Source: Flavobacterium sp. (lineage in GTDB: Bacteria; Bacteroidota; Bacteroidia; Flavobacteriales; Flavobacteriaceae). From it: a stretch of 64,000 nt of DNA. Shown here piece after piece: positions 10,046 to 19,942 of this stretch. The position numbers were made by a program, and so were the translations under genes. The stretch is from the NCBI RefSeq assembly GCF_027490375.1, contig NZ_JAIXYH010000016.1, positions 31,123 to 95,122 on the forward strand, given 5' to 3'. How positions within the stretch are numbered: the stretch's first letter is position 1; each line of letters begins with the position of its first letter. A model generated the notes under the pieces. It worked only from the letters and a program-made list of their open reading frames with translations. It searched no databases and had not been told where the DNA came from.

Positions 10046-11440
10046 TTACGCCTTGTCTTTACGTGCAATTTGTGCCATTAATTCAGCTTCGGCAACTAAA
10101 CGTCCGTTGGCGTATGCATTGGCTTGCATGTGACAAATACCGCGACGAATCGGCGCTAATAAGTCGCATTTAAAGATTAATGTATCGCCAGGCAATACTT
10201 TTTGTTTGAACTTTACATTATCGATTTTCATGAAGAACGTCAGATAATTTTCTGGATCTGGAACGGTACTTAAAACCAAAATTCCACCGCACTGTGCCAT
10301 CGCTTCTACAATCAGAACACCTGGCATGACGGGAGCATCCGGAAAATGACCTACGAAAAACGGCTCGTTCATCGTTACATTCTTCAATCCTAAAACGTGC
10401 TGTTCCGACAACTCGAAAATTTTATCGACCAATAAAAACGGCGGACGGTGCGGCAACATACTCATGATTTTATTCACATCCATGAGCGGTTCCTGATTAA
10501 CATCGACCGTTGGCACTTGGTTACGTTGCTCGATCTTGATCATTTTTGCCAATTTCTTAGCAAATTGTGTATTGATGTAATGACCCGGTTTATTTGCAAT
10601 TACCTTTCCTTTCAAACGAACGCCTACCAAAGCTAAATCTCCAATTACGTCTAAAAGCTTGTGTCTTGCGGCTTCGTTTGGATAATGAAGCGTAAGATTA
10701 TCCAGTATTCCGTTTGGTTTAACCGAAATGCTATCTTTTCCAAAAGCTACTTTCAAACTTTCCATCGTGGCAGGCGAGATTTCCTTATCCACATAAACGA
10801 TTGCATTGTTTAAGTCGCCTCCTTTTATCAATCCGTGTTCTAAAAGCGACTCCAATTCGTGAAGGAAGCTAAAAGTACGCGCATCAGCAATTTCTTTTTT
10901 GAAATCGCTCATCGATTTTAAGGTCGCATTCTGTGTACCTAAAACCTTGGTTCCGAAATCGACCATTGCGGTAACTTGATAATCATCGCCTGGCATCACC
11001 AAGATTTCACTACCTGTTGCTTCGTCGCTGAAAGAAATTACTTCTTTTACCACATAGTATTTGCGTTCAGCGTCTTGTTCAACGGTTCCTACTTTTTCAA
11101 TGGCTTCAACAAAATATTTCGATGAACCGTCCATAATGGGTGGTTCTGAAGCATTTAATTCGATAATTACGTTATCCAAATCACAACCTACACAAGCGGC
11201 AAGTACGTGTTCGGAAGTTTGAATTTTTACACCTAATTTCTCCAAATTGGTTCCGCGCTGCGTATTCACTACGTAGTTAGCGTCGGCTTCAATAATCGGA
11301 CTTCCCTCCAAATCAACGCGAACGAACGTGAAGCCGTTGTTGATTGGCGCAGGCTTAAATGTCATTTTGACTTCCTTACCGGTGTGTAATCCAACACCCG
11401 TAAGAGATATTTCTTCTTTAATTGTTTTCTGCTTGACCAT
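10046..11440 (-). CDS. lpxC-fabZ: Bifunctional UDP-3-O-acyl-GlcNAc deacetylase / 3-hydroxyacyl-ACP dehydratase
   Basis: The N-terminal half is LpxC (TIKEEISLTGVGLHTGKEV). The C-terminal half is FabZ (LPHRPPFLLVDKI...FFVGHFP..PVMPGVL). The start was trimmed to the MVKQKT methionine. This fusion is characteristic of Bacteroidota. Confidence 0.95.
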   Translation of the reverse strand: MVKQKTIKEEISLTGVGLHTGKEVKMTFKPAPINNGFTFVRVDLEGSPIIEADANYVVNTQRGTNLEKLGVKIQTSEHVLAACVGCDLDNVIIELNASEPPIMDGSSKYFVEAIEKVGTVEQDAERKYYVVKEVISFSDEATGSEILVMPGDDYQVTAMVDFGTKVLGTQNATLKSMSDFKKEIADARTFSFLHELESLLEHGLIKGGDLNNAIVYVDKEISPATMESLKVAFGKDSISVKPNGILDNLTLHYPNEAARHKLLDVIGDLALVGVRLKGKVIANKPGHYINTQFAKKLAKMIKIEQRNQVPTVDVNQEPLMDVNKIMSMLPHRPPFLLVDKIFELSEQHVLGLKNVTMNEPFFVGHFPDAPVMPGVLIVEAMAQCGGILVLSTVPDPENYLTFFMKIDNVKFKQKVLPGDTLIFKCDLLAPIRRGICHMQANAYANGRLVAEAELMAQIARKDKA

Positions 11441-12485
11441 CGCCGGACAATTGTGAGCTGTTTGCATGAAGTATTTGCTTTTTCAAGTCTTCTATTTCTT
11501 GAAGAATTTTTGGAAGATTTTTAAAATGAATATATGATTTACTGTAATCCGTGTACGGAAGTGCCGGACTTCCTTGAACGGTTTCGCCGTCTTTTAGATT
11601 TCTACCAATGCCCGATTGTGCTTGAACTCTTACGTTATTGCCTACTATCAAATGACCTGCAATGCCGACTTGTCCGCCAATCATACTGTTTTTTCCGATT
11701 TTTGTAGAACCTGCAATTCCAGATTGCGCAGCGATTACTGTATTTTCACCAATTTCAACGTTGTGAGCAATCTGAATTTGGTTATCGAGCTTCACTCCTT
11801 TTCGGATAATTGTACTTCCCATCGTGGCTCGATCAATAGTTGTTGCCGCTCCTACATCCACATAATCTTCTAAAACCACGTTGCCGATTTGCGGAATTTT
11901 CTTGTAGCTACCGTCTTCTTGTGGAGCAAATCCAAAACCATCGGCACCGATAACTACGTTGGCATGAATCGTACAAAAATTGCCGATTACCGTTTCAGAA
12001 CAGATTCGGGAACCACTAAAAATCAGTGTATTATCGCCAATTTTAACGTTATCGCCAATAAAAACTCCTGGATAAATCTTTACATTTTCGCCAATTACTA
12101 CATTTTCACCTACGTATGCAAAGGCACCAAGATAAAAATGAGCACCATACTTCGCTGAAGCGGCGATAAAACTCGGATTTTCAATTCCAGATTTGTTGTG
12201 TTTCACCTGATCGTAAAACGACAAAATTTTGGTAAACGCACCGTAGGCATCATCAACTTTTATTAAAGTAGTTGTGATCGGATTTTCGGGAACAAAGGTC
12301 GAATTTACAATGCAAATCGACGCTTGTGTGGAGTAAATGTAATTTACATATTTAGGATTCGACAAAAACGTAAGCGAACCTTCGGTACCTTCCTCGATCT
12401 TGGAAAGTCGCGAAACCTCGGCTAACGGGTTGCCAACGACCTCTCCTTCGAGTATTCCTGCTATTTGAGCTGCTGTAAATTTCAT
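11418..12485 (-). CDS. lpxD: UDP-3-O-acylglucosamine N-acyltransferase
   Basis: It starts MKFTAAQIAGILEGEVVGN... and has hexapeptide repeats and a C-terminal helix. It lies directly upstream of lpxC-fabZ. Confidence 0.9.
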   Translation of the reverse strand: MKFTAAQIAGILEGEVVGNPLAEVSRLSKIEEGTEGSLTFLSNPKYVNYIYSTQASICIVNSTFVPENPITTTLIKVDDAYGAFTKILSFYDQVKHNKSGIENPSFIAASAKYGAHFYLGAFAYVGENVVIGENVKIYPGVFIGDNVKIGDNTLIFSGSRICSETVIGNFCTIHANVVIGADGFGFAPQEDGSYKKIPQIGNVVLEDYVDVGAATTIDRATMGSTIIRKGVKLDNQIQIAHNVEIGENTVIAAQSGIAGSTKIGKNSMIGGQVGIAGHLIVGNNVRVQAQSGIGRNLKDGETVQGSPALPYTDYSKSYIHFKNLPKILQEIEDLKKQILHANSSQLSGDGQAENN

Positions 12486-12526
12486 TGCGACAAAAATAGA
12501 AAATTTTGGTGTCTATTGTTAAATTT

Positions 12527-13768
12527 CTACAAGAGCTTCGGTTTACACAAGTAGTATTTTACTACTGGCTTCGACAAGGCCTTTAAATTGAGCTGATCGG
12601 ATACAAAAACAACATCGGCTATTGTCTTGTCTTTCTTCAAGATACATATAGGCTCTTTATCCATCGAATACGCCTGATTCTTGATTTTCCCTTTGTACAC
12701 AAAATACGAAGCCTCAGCTTTGCTGATTTGGTATTTCTCTGCTACTTCTGCGATGGCTTGCTCCTTATCTGCTGCTGTAAACTTCTCATCGCCCAAACTA
12801 ATCTTAAGTAAATTCCTGTTCAAAATGCGCTCGCAAAGCTGTTCTAAGACAAAATCGCCACAACTTTGCCACTGTTTTAATGCCATCAATACATCAGTGT
12901 CGTCGAGTTTGGAAAACAATTCTAAATCGGCTTCGTCAAAAGCGGCTGCTGCGCCATTTTTTAGAAAATGCAATAAAGGATCCGAAGCCTGTAAGCTAAA
13001 ACCTTCGCCGATTAGCAGCACAGCACGTTTAAATATGTGCTGCAACATCAACTCGGCCACATAACTTGTTTTGTGCAAATACGCTTGCCAGTACATCAAA
13101 CGTCGGGCAACTAAAAACTTTTCAACAGAATAAATTCCCTTTTCTTCCACAACCAAACGATCGTCGACCACATCCATCATTTGAATCAAACGATCGGCAT
13201 TGATACTTCCTTCGGCTACACCGGTATAAAAACTATCGCGTCGCAAATAATCCATTCGATCCATATCTAACTGACCCGAAATGAGTTGCAACATAAATTT
13301 GCGTTCGTAATTTCCCGTAAAAATGCGAATAGCTAAATCAAGTTTCCCATCAAAAACACCGTTTAGTGCATGCATGAATTTAAGCGACAAACTTTCGTGA
13401 TGTACGCCTTTAACGATGCTTTGTTCCATGGCGTGAGAAAACGGCCCGTGACCAATGTCGTGCAATAAAATCGCTAAATACAAGGCTTGTTCTTCTTCCG
13501 GACTGATCTCAACACCTTTAAACCGCAATACTCGAACCGCTTTTTGCATTAAATGCATGGCACCCAAGGCGTGATGAAAGCGCGTATGATGAGCGCCTGG
13601 ATACACCAAATACGAGAGTCCCATTTGTGAAATACGCCGTAAACGCTGAAAATACTTGTGCGCAATAACGTCGAAAATAAGTGGATTTGGTATGGAAATA
13701 AATCCGTAAATCGGATCGTTGAATATTTTGAGTTTATTTGAAGAATCGGACATTTGCGAAGAGATCAT
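12527..13768 (-). CDS. HD-domain phosphohydrolase (dNTP triphosphohydrolase-like)
   Basis: It has the HD motif region 'HHTRFHHALGAMHL...LLHDIGHGPFSH'. The 'FNDPIYGFI' N-terminus is typical of the SAMHD1/EF1143-like family. It sits in a conserved position upstream of lpxD. Confidence 0.8.
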   Translation of the reverse strand: MISSQMSDSSNKLKIFNDPIYGFISIPNPLIFDVIAHKYFQRLRRISQMGLSYLVYPGAHHTRFHHALGAMHLMQKAVRVLRFKGVEISPEEEQALYLAILLHDIGHGPFSHAMEQSIVKGVHHESLSLKFMHALNGVFDGKLDLAIRIFTGNYERKFMLQLISGQLDMDRMDYLRRDSFYTGVAEGSINADRLIQMMDVVDDRLVVEEKGIYSVEKFLVARRLMYWQAYLHKTSYVAELMLQHIFKRAVLLIGEGFSLQASDPLLHFLKNGAAAAFDEADLELFSKLDDTDVLMALKQWQSCGDFVLEQLCERILNRNLLKISLGDEKFTAADKEQAIAEVAEKYQISKAEASYFVYKGKIKNQAYSMDKEPICILKKDKTIADVVFVSDQLNLKALSKPVVKYYLCKPKLL

Positions 13769-13921
13769 GTCGCTAAAATAGTTTTTTGCTGCCGATTTTT
13801 ATTCATTTAAGAACGTATTTTTTCCTTCTGCGAAAGCGAAAATCACAACACCCGCCAAAAAAATAAGCGAGCGGGCTTCAGCAATTTCCAAAATGATATA
13901 TTTGAATCCTAATTTGTTTGT

Positions 13922-15115
13922 ATGCGTTCTACATTTACTCTTCTTCTAACTGTTTTATTTTTAGCTTCTTGCGGAAAAACCGAAACCCGAAATTACCTGA
14001 GTTCTGGCGATTACGATGCAGCAATTGATGTAGCAATCGACCGACTTTCAAACAATAAGACTCGGAAAGGAAAGCAAGATTACATTTATATGCTGGAGGA
14101 AGCCTTTGCCAAAGCGAAAGAACGCGATTTACGAGATGTTGATTTGTTAGTGAAAGACAACAGTCCTGCGAATTTAGAACGTATTTTTGCTACATATCAA
14201 CGTCTTAACGCTCGACAAGAAAAAATTCGTCCGCTCCTACCCCTGCCACTCCTTAAAGAAAAGCGAGATGCTATTTTTCCGTTCGACGATTACAGCGAAG
14301 AAATTGTAAACAGCAAAAATGCTTTGGTTAAATATCTGTACACGAATGCCAAAGCGTTACTTGCCAGTAAATCAAAAGTTGGTGGCCGACGTGCAGCAGA
14401 AGATCTTCAATACCTTTTGCAACTTTCGCCAGCTTACAAAGACGCCGAAAAATTGCTGTCTGACGCCATTTTGCTCGGAACCGATTATGTAAGTATTTAC
14501 ACCAAAAATGAAACAGGGAAAATTATTCCGCAACGTTTAGAAACGGACATATTAGACTTCGGAACCGGCGGATTAAACGATAAGTTTACGGTTTACCATT
14601 CGAACAGACAGCCGAAAATTAAATACGATTACGGGATTGTACTCACGTTTAGAGAAATAAATATTTCGCCGGAACAAGTTCGTGAACGCCAATTTGTGAA
14701 AGAAAAAGATGTGAATTTTGGCAAGAAAAATGTTTACGACGAACGCGGAAGAGTGGTGAAAGACTCGCTCGGTAAAAACGTAACTGTCGACGATATTCGA
14801 AAAGTGAACTGCTCTGTTTACGAATTTGTACAATTCAAAAACGTGCAAGTTGTTGCGAAAGTGGATTTTATTAATTTCAGTACCAATCAATTGGTGAATT
14901 CATTTCCGCTTGGAAGCGAATGGATTTTCGAAAACGGTTACGCTACCTACAACGGCGACCGACGCGCAGTGGAAAACGATTATTGGCCGTTTTTCGACCG
15001 ACGTGTACTGCCGTTCCCAACAAACGAACAGATGGTGTTGAATTGCTCGGCAGACATCAAACAAAAACTTCGGGCAATCATTATAAATAATCGATTTGCG
15101 ATTGCTCCTTATTGA
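13922..15115 (+). CDS. Lipoprotein of unknown function
   Basis: It has a signal peptide with a lipobox (LFLASCGK) and is 397 aa. Confidence 0.6.
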   Translation: MRSTFTLLLTVLFLASCGKTETRNYLSSGDYDAAIDVAIDRLSNNKTRKGKQDYIYMLEEAFAKAKERDLRDVDLLVKDNSPANLERIFATYQRLNARQEKIRPLLPLPLLKEKRDAIFPFDDYSEEIVNSKNALVKYLYTNAKALLASKSKVGGRRAAEDLQYLLQLSPAYKDAEKLLSDAILLGTDYVSIYTKNETGKIIPQRLETDILDFGTGGLNDKFTVYHSNRQPKIKYDYGIVLTFREINISPEQVRERQFVKEKDVNFGKKNVYDERGRVVKDSLGKNVTVDDIRKVNCSVYEFVQFKNVQVVAKVDFINFSTNQLVNSFPLGSEWIFENGYATYNGDRRAVENDYWPFFDRRVLPFPTNEQMVLNCSADIKQKLRAIIINNRFAIAPY

Positions 15116-15459
15116 TGAAGTATTCGGTTTATTACTTCAGCATCAATCGACGAATGTGAAGCCGAGTAAACCACTTTACCGTTTGTAACCACTAGTAATT
15201 GCGGACTCTCGTGCTGAATTCCGTATTTCTCGGCAATGTGGTTGCTGATGCTTCGGTACTGCAGCAAATCCAAATACAAAAAAGTAGCGTTTGCAAACTC
15301 CAACGAACGATTGAGCTCTTTTAAAACTGTTTTGCTCACAATACAGCGCGTACTGTGCTTTAAAATCACTAAAATGCCCGAATCTTCAAGTTGCGCGGCG
15401 TCGGTTAATGCTATCCAAGAAGTTGTATCTTCTGAAACCGAATTAGAAAAAAATCCCAT
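15109..15459 (-). CDS. YtxJ/BrxC-type monothiol thioredoxin-like protein (DUF2847)
   Basis: 116 aa with 'LKHSTRCIVSK', which resembles the TCPIS redox motif of YtxJ. Confidence 0.65.
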   Translation of the reverse strand: MGFFSNSVSEDTTSWIALTDAAQLEDSGILVILKHSTRCIVSKTVLKELNRSLEFANATFLYLDLLQYRSISNHIAEKYGIQHESPQLLVVTNGKVVYSASHSSIDAEVINRILHQ

Positions 15460-15575
15460 TTTTGACTGATTTTAAGACGTTTTGTCGCTTTGCAAAGTTA
15501 ATTTCGCGTCATTTTGGCAGCGATTTTAACTTGGCGCACTAGTTGCTCAAAGATCATTAAAAATTTGCAATTATC

Positions 15576-18161
15576 ATGAACCTGAATAAATTAACCACAA
15601 AAGCAACCGAAGTGCTTCAAAACGCACAGCAATTGGTTTTCAATAAAGGACAACAACTCATTGAAAACGAGCACTTATTGAGGAGCTTGTTAGAAGTCGA
15701 TCAAAACGTAATCGGATTTCTCTTAAAGAAAATGAGCGTAAATGTTGATTTGCTTACGCGTTTAGTAGAGAGTCAGTTAAATACCTATCCGAAAGTAAGC
15801 GGAACCGATATTTCGTTAGGACGAACAGCTGTTACTACTTTGAACGAAGCCGAAAAAGCAGCCACAGAAATGGGCGATGAATTTGTAGCAACCGATCATT
15901 TATTGTTAGCTATTGCCAAATCTAAATCGCAAGCCGGACAAATTCTGCGCGATCAAGGTGTAACTGAAAAAGAGTTGGTTGCAGCTATTTCCGAACTGCG
16001 TAAAGGCGAAAAAGTGACGTCGCAAAGTGCCGAGGAAACTTTTAACGCACTCTCCAAATTCGCTAAAAACTTAAACGACTTAGCCAAAAGTGGCAAACTC
16101 GATCCTGTTATTGGTCGCGATGAGGAAATCAGACGTGTCTTGCAAATTCTAACGCGCCGCACCAAAAACAATCCGATGTTAGTGGGCGAACCCGGCGTGG
16201 GTAAAACCGCAATTGCAGAAGGTTTAGCACACCGAATTGTAGCCGGCGACGTTCCGGAAAACCTCAAAAATAAAATCGTTTTTTCACTCGACATGGGTGC
16301 GCTGATCGCCGGTGCCAAATACAAAGGCGAATTCGAAGAACGCTTAAAAGCCGTAGTGAAAGAAGTTACTGCAACCGATGGCGATATTGTTTTATTTATC
16401 GACGAAATTCATACGCTCGTTGGTGCTGGTGCGGGCGAAGGTGCTATGGACGCTGCAAACATCTTGAAACCCGCCTTGGCTCGCGGCGAACTTCGCGCAA
16501 TCGGAGCCACAACGCTCGACGAATACCAAAAATATTTCGAAAAAGACAAAGCACTCGAGCGCCGTTTTCAAAAAGTATTGGTCGAAGAACCCGATACCGA
16601 AAGCGCCATTTCGATTCTTCGCGGTATCAAAGACAAGTACGAAACACACCATCAAGTGCAAATAAAAGACGATGCGATTATAGCTGCCGTAGAACTCTCG
16701 CAACGCTACATTACCTCGCGTTTCTTGCCCGATAAAGCCATCGATTTAATGGACGAAGCAGCTTCGAAACTGCGTATGGAAATCAATTCCAAACCGGAAG
16801 AACTCGACGTTTTGGATCGAAAAATCATGCAGCTGGAAATTGAAATCGAAGCTATTAAACGTGAAAACGACGACGTAAAGCTAAAGGTACTCGGATTAGA
16901 TTTATCGAATCTAAAAGAAGAGCGTCAGGAAATTTACTCGCGATGGAAATCGGAGCGCGACATTGTAGATAACATGCAGCAAATCAAGGCACAAATCGAG
17001 TCGTTAAAGCTCGAAGCCGAACGTGCCGAACGCGATGGCAACTACGGTTTGGTTGCTGAAATTCGATACGGGAAAATTAAAGATGCGCAAACAAAATTGG
17101 AAGAATACACCGCCGAATTGCAACAAAAACAAGGCAATCAAGCACTTATAAAAGAAGAAGTTACCCGAGAAGACATAGCCGAAGTGGTTGCGAAATGGAC
17201 CGGCATTCCGGTGGCAAAAATGATGCAAAGCGATCGTGAAAAATTGCTGCATATTGAAACCGAATTACACAAAACAGTTGTGGGTCAGGAAGAAGCTGTA
17301 GCAGCGGTTGCCGATGCGATTCGCCGAAGCAGATCGGGTTTACAAGACGCACGCAAACCTGTCGGAACGTTTTTGTTTCTAGGAAGTACGGGCGTTGGAA
17401 AAACCGAATTGGCTAAATCGCTTGCCGAATATTTGTTCGACGACGAAAATGCGTTGACGCGCATTGATATGTCGGAATACCAAGAAAAGCACGCGGTGAG
17501 TCGCTTAGTTGGTGCACCTCCAGGTTACGTGGGTTATGAGGAAGGCGGCCAACTTACGGAAGCGGTGCGCAGAAAACCCTATTCGGTGATTTTGCTCGAT
17601 GAAATTGAAAAAGCGCATCCAGACACCTTCAATATTTTGCTGCAAATGCTCGACGAAGGACGTTTAACCGACAGCAAAGGAAGGTTAGCGGATTTTAAAA
17701 ATGCCATCATCATTATGACATCGAATTTAGGAAGTGAAGTAATACAGCGTACGTTTGAAGATCCGACACTTACAGCGGAAGCGGCCGCCGTTTTGGCTGA
17801 GGAAGAAGTAATGCAGTTATTAAAACGTACCGTGCGACCGGAGTTTTTGAATCGGATTGATGAAGTAGTACTTTTCAAACCGTTAACGCGCGACGAGATA
17901 GGCGAAATTGTAAGCATACAGTTGCGTCAGGTTTCAAAGATGTTGGCCAATCAGCATATGAGTTTAGACGCTACGGCGGAGGCAAAAGCGTATTTGGTAA
18001 AGCGTGGTTACGATCCGCAGTTTGGTGCGCGTCCGGTTAAGCGCGTCATACAAAAAGAGGTTTTAAACGCCTTGAGCAAGGAACTACTTTCGGGCAACAT
18101 CAAACCCGACCAAGCCCTCCTACTCGACTGTTTCGACGACAAGTTGGTTTTTCGGCAATGA
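15576..18161 (+). CDS. clpB: ATP-dependent chaperone ClpB
   Basis: It has two AAA+ modules ([22 protein letters not shown]), a coiled-coil M-domain and a Clp N-domain. It is 861 aa. Confidence 0.97.
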
Positions 18162-18760
18162 GTAGTAAGATTGGAGTATTAAGTATTAAGTATTGAGTAT
18201 TAAGTATTAAGTATTAAGTATTAAGACTTCATGACGTTCACCACTTGACGTATCGTTTTTCCAGCCGAACCCGCGTATCGTCGATTCCTGAGCTTGTCGA
18301 AAGTAGCATTGTGTACTTCGTGAAAAACTTTGTGAAACTTTGTGCTCTTTTTCTAGAAGCTAGAAACTAGTCCCGATTGCTATCGGGATAGAAGCTAGTC
18401 CCGATTGCTATCGGGATCGATGAGTTCACCACTTGACGTATCGTTTTTCCACCCGAACCAATAATTCGTTGGTGCCTGAGCTTGTCGAAGGCCTGCTTTC
18501 ACTTTTTCAATCTCAAAATCTTTCAATCTTTCAATCTCGAAATCTTTTAATCTTTTAATCTTGTAATCTTTTAATCTCGAAATCTTTTAATCTCGAAACC
18601 TTCCTCCCATGTCGCTGCCGCGCGAGTCCTCTCGCGTGGTAAACCACGAACGTGTCGAAGGCTTTTTTCCCTTCCGATAGCTATCGGAATTCACTTCTTT
18701 CAATTCTTTCATTTTTTCGCTTCTTTCGCTTTTTTCTATTCTTTCGCTTTTTTCCATTTG
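18162..18760 (+). repeat. Mosaic repeat locus L1 (short modules preceding core copy A)
   Basis: The modules appear in this order:
- AGTAGTAAGATTGGA followed by (GTATTAA)x7
- CGTTCACCACTTGACG...CCTGAGCTTGTCGAA, twice (18235-18301 and 18424-18491)
- an inverted CACAAAGTTT module (18305-18355)
- two tandem hairpins, CTAGTCCCGATTGCTATCGGGAT (18367-18417)
- an AATCTTTT/AATCTCGA microsatellite (18507-18598)
- a CCGATAGCTATCGG palindrome
- TTTCGCTTTT repeats

No credible ORF is present. Confidence 0.8.
18176..18224. repeat. Heptanucleotide tandem repeat (GTATTAA)x7, one unit GTATTGA
   Basis: I read it directly from the sequence. It starts 15 nt after the clpB stop codon. Confidence 0.9.
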
Positions 18761-18919
18761 TAGCTTCATCCGGCTGTTCGCTTTAGTCCGCAAAAAATAC
18801 GGCGCGTTCAATCGGTTTGCGCGTGGTTTCTCAGGTCACCACGCGCCCACCGTTTCACGCAGCCATATTTTTCTTACGGGCTACCGCTACCATCCGGGCT
18901 AGAAAATACGTTACTAACG
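18761..18919 (+). ncRNA. Core copy A of the structured repeat element (candidate structured RNA or MITE-like unit)
   Basis: The outer stem is AAAAATACGGC (18793-18803) / GCCATATTTTT (18862-18872). The central hairpin is GCGCGTGGT (18819-18827) / ACCACGCGC (18838-18846) with loop TTCTCAGGTC. The 3' module ends in ACGTTACTAACG. Homologous copies occur at six other sites. Confidence 0.55.
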
Positions 18920-19308
18920 TTTGGTGGGAAAAATACCTATAAGTAGGTAGTTTTGGGTAGTTTCAATTGTTTAATTTTGCAAACATGACCCAAATGCGAA
19001 TGCTGCTTATTTTGAAATGGATTTTTTGAAGATTTTACGATTAAAACAGCTTTGTTGTTGCGAAATACAACAGTGACTGAGGTTACGTTCTAGATTGTTA
19101 ATTTTCAATTGCCAAATACAAATTTAACATATTGAAAAAACGAACATTTATAAAATTCTAAAAAATGAAATAAAATGGCACCTCCCAATGTTTACGTGTG
19201 TTTAGGCGAATAACGCGCTGAAAAGTGGGATAAAAACTTTCGTATATTTGGGAGTTACCTGCAAGGCTAACAGACCGCAAATAACTAACAAATTGACACA
19301 TTTTAAAT

Positions 19309-19875
19309 TTGGACACTTTACGAAAATTCATTGAAAATTATACTTCACTTCCGACAGACGAGTGGAAGCAAATTTCTGTTTGCTTTGAGAAACAAGTAAT
19401 TGAAAAAGACGAACTTATTTTACAAGAAGGCAAAGTTTGCCGACACCTTTATTTTGTGGAAAGCGGGCTACTTCATTTTTACATCAACAAAGACGGAAAT
19501 AACATAACAAAGTTTTTTACCGAAGCACCTTATTTTTTCACTTCACAATCAAGTTTCAATTCCCAAAAGCCTGCAAACGAAAATATCCAAGCCATAGAAA
19601 AGTCAATTGTTTGGCAAATTTCATACAATCAAGTAAATGAATTGTACAACCTTAAAAGTTGGACAGACTTTGCAAGAAAAATAATTCAAGAAGTACAATT
19701 TTTCACAGAAGAGATTTTAGAAGAACTACAAACCGAAACAGCAGAGTTTCGCTACGAGAAGATGCTCAAAAATGAACCTGAACTTTTAAAACGAATACCA
19801 TTAAACATTTTGGCTTCTTATTTAGGAATTGCCCCACAATCATTGAGCAGAATTAGAAAAAAATTGGCGACTTAA
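19309..19875 (+). CDS. Crp/Fnr-family transcriptional regulator
   Basis: It has a cNMP-binding beta-barrel followed by a C-terminal HTH ('ILASYLGIAPQSLSRIRKKL'). The apparent start codon is TTG. Confidence 0.8.
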   Translation: MDTLRKFIENYTSLPTDEWKQISVCFEKQVIEKDELILQEGKVCRHLYFVESGLLHFYINKDGNNITKFFTEAPYFFTSQSSFNSQKPANENIQAIEKSIVWQISYNQVNELYNLKSWTDFARKIIQEVQFFTEEILEELQTETAEFRYEKMLKNEPELLKRIPLNILASYLGIAPQSLSRIRKKLAT

Positions 19876-19942
19876 CATAGGTGCAGTAGTTTCTCATTTT
19901 ATAGATAGAACTTTGCACAAGTTTTTAAATTCTATCTAAAAA

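Noticed and set aside
7773-12158. Multiple 60-100-aa plus-strand ORFs inside lpxD, lpxA and lpxD (for example 8094..8390, 9726..10016, 11889..12158)
   Set aside because: They are antisense to strongly supported hexapeptide-repeat genes. The periodic codon structure of those genes is known to leave the opposite strand open.
12527-13768. HD-domain dNTPase-like gene as an anti-phage dNTP-depletion defence gene
   Set aside because: It sits in the conserved housekeeping position at the head of the lpxD/lpxC-fabZ/lpxA/efp cluster, not in an accessory segment, and nothing mobile flanks it.
18500-18600. Possible CRISPR array (regularly spaced short repeats); also considered at 30840-30900
   Set aside because: The units are 7-9 bp and directly abutting, with no 25-40 bp unique spacers, and no cas genes are present. 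These are microsatellites.
18587-18811. 74-aa ORF on the minus strand (EKSERIEKSERSEKMKELK...)
   Set aside because: It lies wholly inside the microsatellite and mosaic repeats. Its low-complexity translation is a by-product of the AATCT/TTTCGC tandem units. The equivalent repeat loci do not preserve a frame.
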